A DNA stretch of 64,000 nucleotides, from contig CAJINV010000003.1 of NCBI GenBank assembly GCA_905178155.1, positions 3,649,378 to 3,713,377 of the forward strand, in the 5' to 3' direction. Within the stretch, counting starts at the first letter, position 1; each line of letters starts with the position of its first letter. The notes below the pieces were generated by a model. It saw nothing but the letters and a program-made list of their open reading frames with translations, did not search any database and had not been told where the DNA came from. Below, in pieces: positions 59,047-64,000 of the stretch. Origin of the DNA: Amoebophrya sp. A120. Lineage: Eukaryota > Protista > Dinoflagellata. The position numbers and the translations under genes are program-made.

Positions 59047-61038
59047 CTACACCTTTTCTTGCGTCCGATTATCGATCAGAGGCTCTTGACTCGTAAGTTC
59101 GGCCGACGACGGCAGATACTCTCCCAGCGCGGACTGAGTCTTTGTGCTGCTCGTTCTTTTCGAGGCTACTTTACTCGCCGGCGTGCTTTTCTTCTTCTTG
59201 GCCAGAGAATACAGCACGAAGCCGGTGCTGGTGAACGCAATGGCGAGGAGAATGTAGTAGCTATTCAAATCCCATGCGGCTTTCGGACTGCCGAAGCCGA
59301 CCCAGATTTGGCGCACCGAGTAGAACGAGGGCGTTTCCCACGCGATGCAGTAGAACATGGTTGTAACCAGGGGCACGGCGACCCCCATCGCGACCGTGCT
59401 CATGGTCGCCGCCCCCGCGTGCTTGACCAAAAACAGCTGGAGCGTGGTGGAGGAAACGTTCACCAAGGCCTGCATTGTCAGCCACAAACCCAGATTCTGT
59501 TCGCTGCAGAACCGCGACGCCTCTCCGCGCCCCACGAAACACTCCGCCCCCTTCGGGATGAGCGGAAACACCTCGCTGACCGGGATGGGGTTCGCGTTCA
59601 AAAACGGCACCGCCGCGAACAACATCAGCGGAATTGTGAAGACGAGTTGGAAAAAGTTGATCCACTGGCTCATGTACCACAAATCTACATTCTGCAGGTG
59701 CCGCAGGTTCGCCTCCTTCATGGTGTAGGACGCGGAGTAGAACAAGGGCTTGAACAGATATATGATGATGAACGTTGCCAGCGAGGACCCCGATAGTTGC
59801 GACGAAGAACCACCGTCGTCCGCGTCCTCCCCCAGATTGTTCAGTCCGCGCCCGAAAACCGACAACGCCGCCCCGCAAATCAGAAGCAACGCGCCGACGT
59901 ACTGGAAGGCCACGAACCGCTCCTTAAGGAAGACGTAGGTAAGCAGCATGATGAAGGGCAAGCCTATCTGGTCCAACAGTGGCTGCACGGTGCCCGGCGT
60001 GCGCTGTCCCAGGGCGTTGGCCAGATTTGCCATCGCGTCCAAGCCCGCGAGCACGGCGAACACCCAGATCGGGATCTGTCGCCGGACCTCCTCCCGCAGC
60101 CGCCATGCCTCCGGAAACAGCTGCGGAAACCAGCGCCGCGGGTAGACGAAAAAGCCAAACACCGTAAAGTAGAACAGGTTGATCATGTTATTTGCGAAGA
60201 GGGAGTAGTCCTGGGCCTTGTCTTCGATGATCTGGAGCGTCTGTCGGTCGGTGGCGTCGAAATCCATACCCGGCGGGACGTCGTCGTTCCGCAAGACGGA
60301 CCCCCACTTGGCGAACGCCTTCTTGGTGAAGAAGGCATCCAGGTATCAAATGTAAAAATGTCTGGGTCTGGAAGAATCCAACTTGTAATGCTGCGTTTGG
60401 ATTCCAAAAAAATCTGTATTGCATGAGTACCAAAGGGAATGTAATTCTTGCTACGCGGAGAGGGCATTTGTCATGCGGAATAGGCATCAAGAAGCTCTCA
60501 AAAAATCTGTGCTGCTAGGGCATGCATCACAGACATCAGGGCTCATCCAAAACGTGCATGACAAGTGTCAGAGTCTTCCAGACCCAGACATTTTTACATT
60601 TGATACCAGGAGTCGGGCAACCACCACCAGAATCACGAGACCAACAAATTGCACGGGTCTCAGGGTAGAAGTAGAGGTGGCCGGGGAGGCGGCGCCCTTT
60701 ATCTTCTTTATCCCGTCCTCGTCTCTACTTGCACTAGAAGCTGGCACCACAAAAGAGCCCCTCGTTGTGGAAACGAGGGTCGAACTCCCCTTAAACTCCG
60801 CATCGTCCTGTTGGGCGATGCCCCCGTCATTGTTCCGACCGGTCGGAGCTAAGGTGCCAACCGCTGGGTAGTACTCCACTTCGCTACCGGGCGTAGCCGC
60901 GGACGGCCTTACAGTCGCTGCAGAAATTCGAGCAGGCCGCAAAGTGCTGCTAGTGCTGCTCCCCGGCTTTTTTCCTCTCGCGGAGCCTTGGTCTCCCGCG
61001 CCCGCGCGGCGCCTCAGTACATCCTCCCGTTGGCTCAT
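59047..61038 (-). CDS. CRT-like (chloroquine resistance transporter family, DMT superfamily) transporter, ~574 aa
   Basis: About 10 hydrophobic helices. TPGTVQPLLDQ..LPFIMLL..FLKERF...QYVGA, VDLWYM..W...FQ and GAECF are CRT/CLT-family features. Exons 61038-60606 and 60338-59047 are joined by introner removal. Confidence 0.8.
60344..60605. mobile_element. Introner family C copy 2 (262 bp), TSD CCAGG
   Basis: Perfect 32-bp TIR TATCAAATGTAAAAATGTCTGGGTCTGGAAGA. CCAGG at 60339-60343 and 60606-60610. Excision restores ARLLD-AFFTK. Confidence 0.93.
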
Positions 61039-61742
61039 GAAAAGTTGTGAATGTAAAGAATCAATCTGAAGATAGACAGTACGGAGCTGATATAAAGGCA
61101 AGCTGGAAGACACAACCAAAGATTAATTGGTCCGCAACAAATCTTCCAGGAACAATTACAATTTGCAGCAAATTAGGTAGATATCAAGCATATCAATTTT
61201 CAACACGTCAATACTTCGTAGATTAATACTGTCCATCGTGTATTCACAGATCGCATGAAACGGCACACAAAAAGACCCGAGTCTTTTTTTTTGAAAAGTG
61301 ATCCATCAAAATTATCTGGTACCGAAGCTACAGCTAGATTTACATCACAAACCGATCGGAGATCTCCTGCAGGCATTTGCATTTGTACTAAACAGACCAC
61401 TTGCACTACTACCGAGAATCTGACAATGCTTGACCGACGACATTTTCTTTGATCTTCAGAGCATTACAGCAATTCCGACCCATTTCTTCATTTTCGATTA
61501 AGTAAACCTCCTATGTTCCAGTATCAACATCAAGGAGATAAGCCCTCTGGCGGAGGCAATAGGACCTACCGAGTTGCCGTTTGCAGAGGCGTGGGGTCAC
61601 ATTTAACTTGGATGCTATATTCTCAATGCACTTAGTGAGAAGATTCTCAATCTTTATTCTCAGATCGGAAAGAAAGCGTTAATCGGCGGTTCCATCCACC
61701 GTCGCTAGGGCGTCAGCCGGGCAAGAACTCCGGCACGGAAAT

Positions 61743-63830
61743 TCAGCAGCGACTGGACTGGGATCCACGGGAATCCCGTGGTTGGATCAGCCCCATCCAG
61801 TCTTGGATCATGATGTCACGCCGCACCTCCTCTTTCAGGTGCCGGCCGGCGTTGCCCGCGACCGCAGGCCTTTTACCGCGGAAGCCGAGGTCGCGACTTT
61901 TCCGGTTGCCACCACGCCTCCCCAGAACGGCGGCGTCCGACTGAATCAGGCTTGCCGCTTGTTTCAAACTCGACCTGCGAGCCCGTGTGGTCGCTGGATC
62001 TCCGGGACCCGAAAGCGCCCGCGCTCTTGCTGCAGCCCTTTGTTGAGGCGGGAGACCGTCAGAACTGTCATTATGGTCGTGTGCAGCGCCTACTACTTCC
62101 AAGTGCCTAGGTTCATCTGCATCGGACCGGCGCGGGGTCCAGTGCTGCACACATGTTTTGTTTTTTCTGCTATTTTCAGAAGCCGATCTTGCAGCTGATC
62201 GACCACAAGCATGATTTTGATTTTCAAACATCGTACATTCTGAGTACTACCACCATCTTCCTGCACATAGATGCACAACGAACTCAACAACAACGTTATC
62301 GGCGAGGACGATGCCATGCTAAGAAGACTGTGCGCAAAACGAAAAACCAGGGCAAATCATATGAGCAAAAGTGAGTATACAACTTGCTGCTTCCGTGCGC
62401 CGTCGCCGCAATCGCGCGCACCGCCGTCCGGCTGGGCTTGGTGGTTGTGGTTTGGCGGTCGAGCTGCTGGTTTGATGACTGGTGCGTCAATTTCGTGCCT
62501 CGCTCGAATAACGTCATCTTCTTGATCGTCTCCCCGGGCCACGCCAAGCAGGTCGACGCTAACGGGCCGTAGTGGCTTCAGCTGGCTGGCACTGTAGCTC
62601 GCGGACCCCGGCCGCCGGCCCCGCCGAGGCCCCTCCAGCAACGCCACCTTCTGGAGCTGCCGTTCCAGATTCCCGTCAACCCTGTTTTTCATCCGCGCGG
62701 CCGCGGCAGCCGAAAGCGATTGCTCCGTCCACGACCGGGCGGAAGAACTGCAAGCGCTGGATGATGTAGTTGCCGCCCCGTGTTGTACTAGTTGAGCTGT
62801 GTGCAGTAGTTCCGGCTGGTGGTTCTTGCCCTTCTCCCCAACCACCGCCTCTTGTGGCGACGCGGTGTTCCGCCCACTCGTCAATCGCGAAGAGGACGAG
62901 CCTTGCTTTTCCAGCGACAGCTTGTCGATTGCCGAGCGCAACTGCGACGAAGTCAGCGACCCACTACTCGCAGAATAGTCGGTCGACGCAGCGGACACCG
63001 CGCTCTTGTTCTGCATCCGCTCCCGCCTGTACCTGTGTTCGTCTCTCGCGTAAAGAGTGCGTTCTGCGGAAGAAAGGAAATTAAACTTTGATGCTGCTAC
63101 CAATGATCACTGAGGATCGGGACAAGTTTCCGCCCATGACTTACTGGTAATTCTAATTTGCTCGCGAAATTTACTACATAATATGCAAGTCACATATCTT
63201 CTACCTTTCCGTGAGATACGCCATCACGCTAGCAGACGGCCCAATGTCGCTTTCCTCAGCACTGGGAAGCCAGGAATACTGGACCCGCGAAAGCTTCGGC
63301 TCAAACAGCGACCTACACAGTATTTTTTCGAAGATCACGACCTCCTGATGGAGCCAGAGTTATGTAAGCACACGGCACAGCAAAAAGAAAGGAAAAACAG
63401 AAAGTCCGCTTCTACGAGCGTCATCAACATCACAATTATCATCATCTTCAGGCTCAGGCAACGCAAGCTCCATAAAATACGGTGGCGGCTTCAAGTGCGA
63501 AGACAATTCGGATGAAGTTCGCTTGATTTTTCGCAGCCCGCTGTCCAGAGCTTGCTCCCAACTTAGCAGGGCGCGCTCTTTTTCCGCCGCATCACTTATG
63601 CCGTGTCCCGAGACCGGCATTTCCGCAGGAGAAGAATCGCTTGTCAGCGCTGTCAAAAATTCTGCTCCTTCTTCTTGACGCGCGTGGGCTCCACGCTGAC
63701 GGCTCGTGACTGATGTCTTCTCTGTCGTATCCACTCTATCGGTGTAGGCTTCTGTGTAGCCGGTTTCCAAGTTCTTCACACTTTCCGCCGAGGGTTGCTG
63801 GCTATGGCAGCCAGGAGAAAACCCGCTCAT
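61743..63830 (-). CDS. Probable 3' exons of a low-complexity hypothetical protein entering from beyond the right edge
   Basis: Three successive minus-strand ORFs (63360-63830, 62357-63103, 61743-62231) separated by AT-rich intron-like gaps. Junctions not resolved. Confidence 0.35.
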
Positions 63831-64000
63831 TGTTTACCATTTTCCAAGAGCAAACTTTTGCACTGGTTTACTCGATGCGCCGCCCAGGAACTGCTCGGAA
63901 GTAGACTTGGATGAAGCGCAATAAACTTGGAGTTGTTCCCCACCAAATGGAAATCTGTGGCCTCGCTATGGTGTAGTGTCGAATGTTGATGTGGAAGCTC

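Noticed and set aside
31-63904. Numerous long plus-strand ORFs (e.g. 7801-9072, 40408-41838, 33158-34042)
   Set aside because: They are antisense shadows of GC-rich minus-strand genes and have no recognisable motifs.
1-64000. Autonomous transposase, tRNA/rRNA genes, or dinoflagellate spliced-leader relics
   Set aside because: None recognised by eye. Covariance-model and HMM searches would be needed to exclude them.

Overview
Eukaryotic, intron-containing genomic DNA. Every supportable gene (about 13) lies on the minus strand. That layout, together with non-canonical inverted-repeat introns, points to a dinoflagellate-lineage alveolate, most likely the syndinian parasite Amoebophrya (inference). 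The genes are: a fused biotin carboxylase-BCCP-carboxyltransferase, pelota, a HIT-fold protein, an EngB/YihA GTPase, a ~2300-aa Trf4/PAPD5-like nucleotidyltransferase, a coiled-coil protein, a small membrane protein, a reconstructed ~5970-aa secreted coiled-coil protein, an EGF/propeller/mucin membrane protein, a CRT-like transporter and several hypothetical genes. The main signal is seven 250-500 bp TIR elements in four families. All sit inside coding exons and have TAT...ATA ends (one CAT...ATA) and a perfect 5-bp target-site duplication. In all seven, removing the element plus one TSD restores the reading frame, yet none offers a GT-AG pair. All four families share a repeated internal 9-mer, GCATNACAA. 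One element carries a nested (ATG)n-tailed retro-type insertion. Exon structures were derived by hand from the sequence, not from transcripts.
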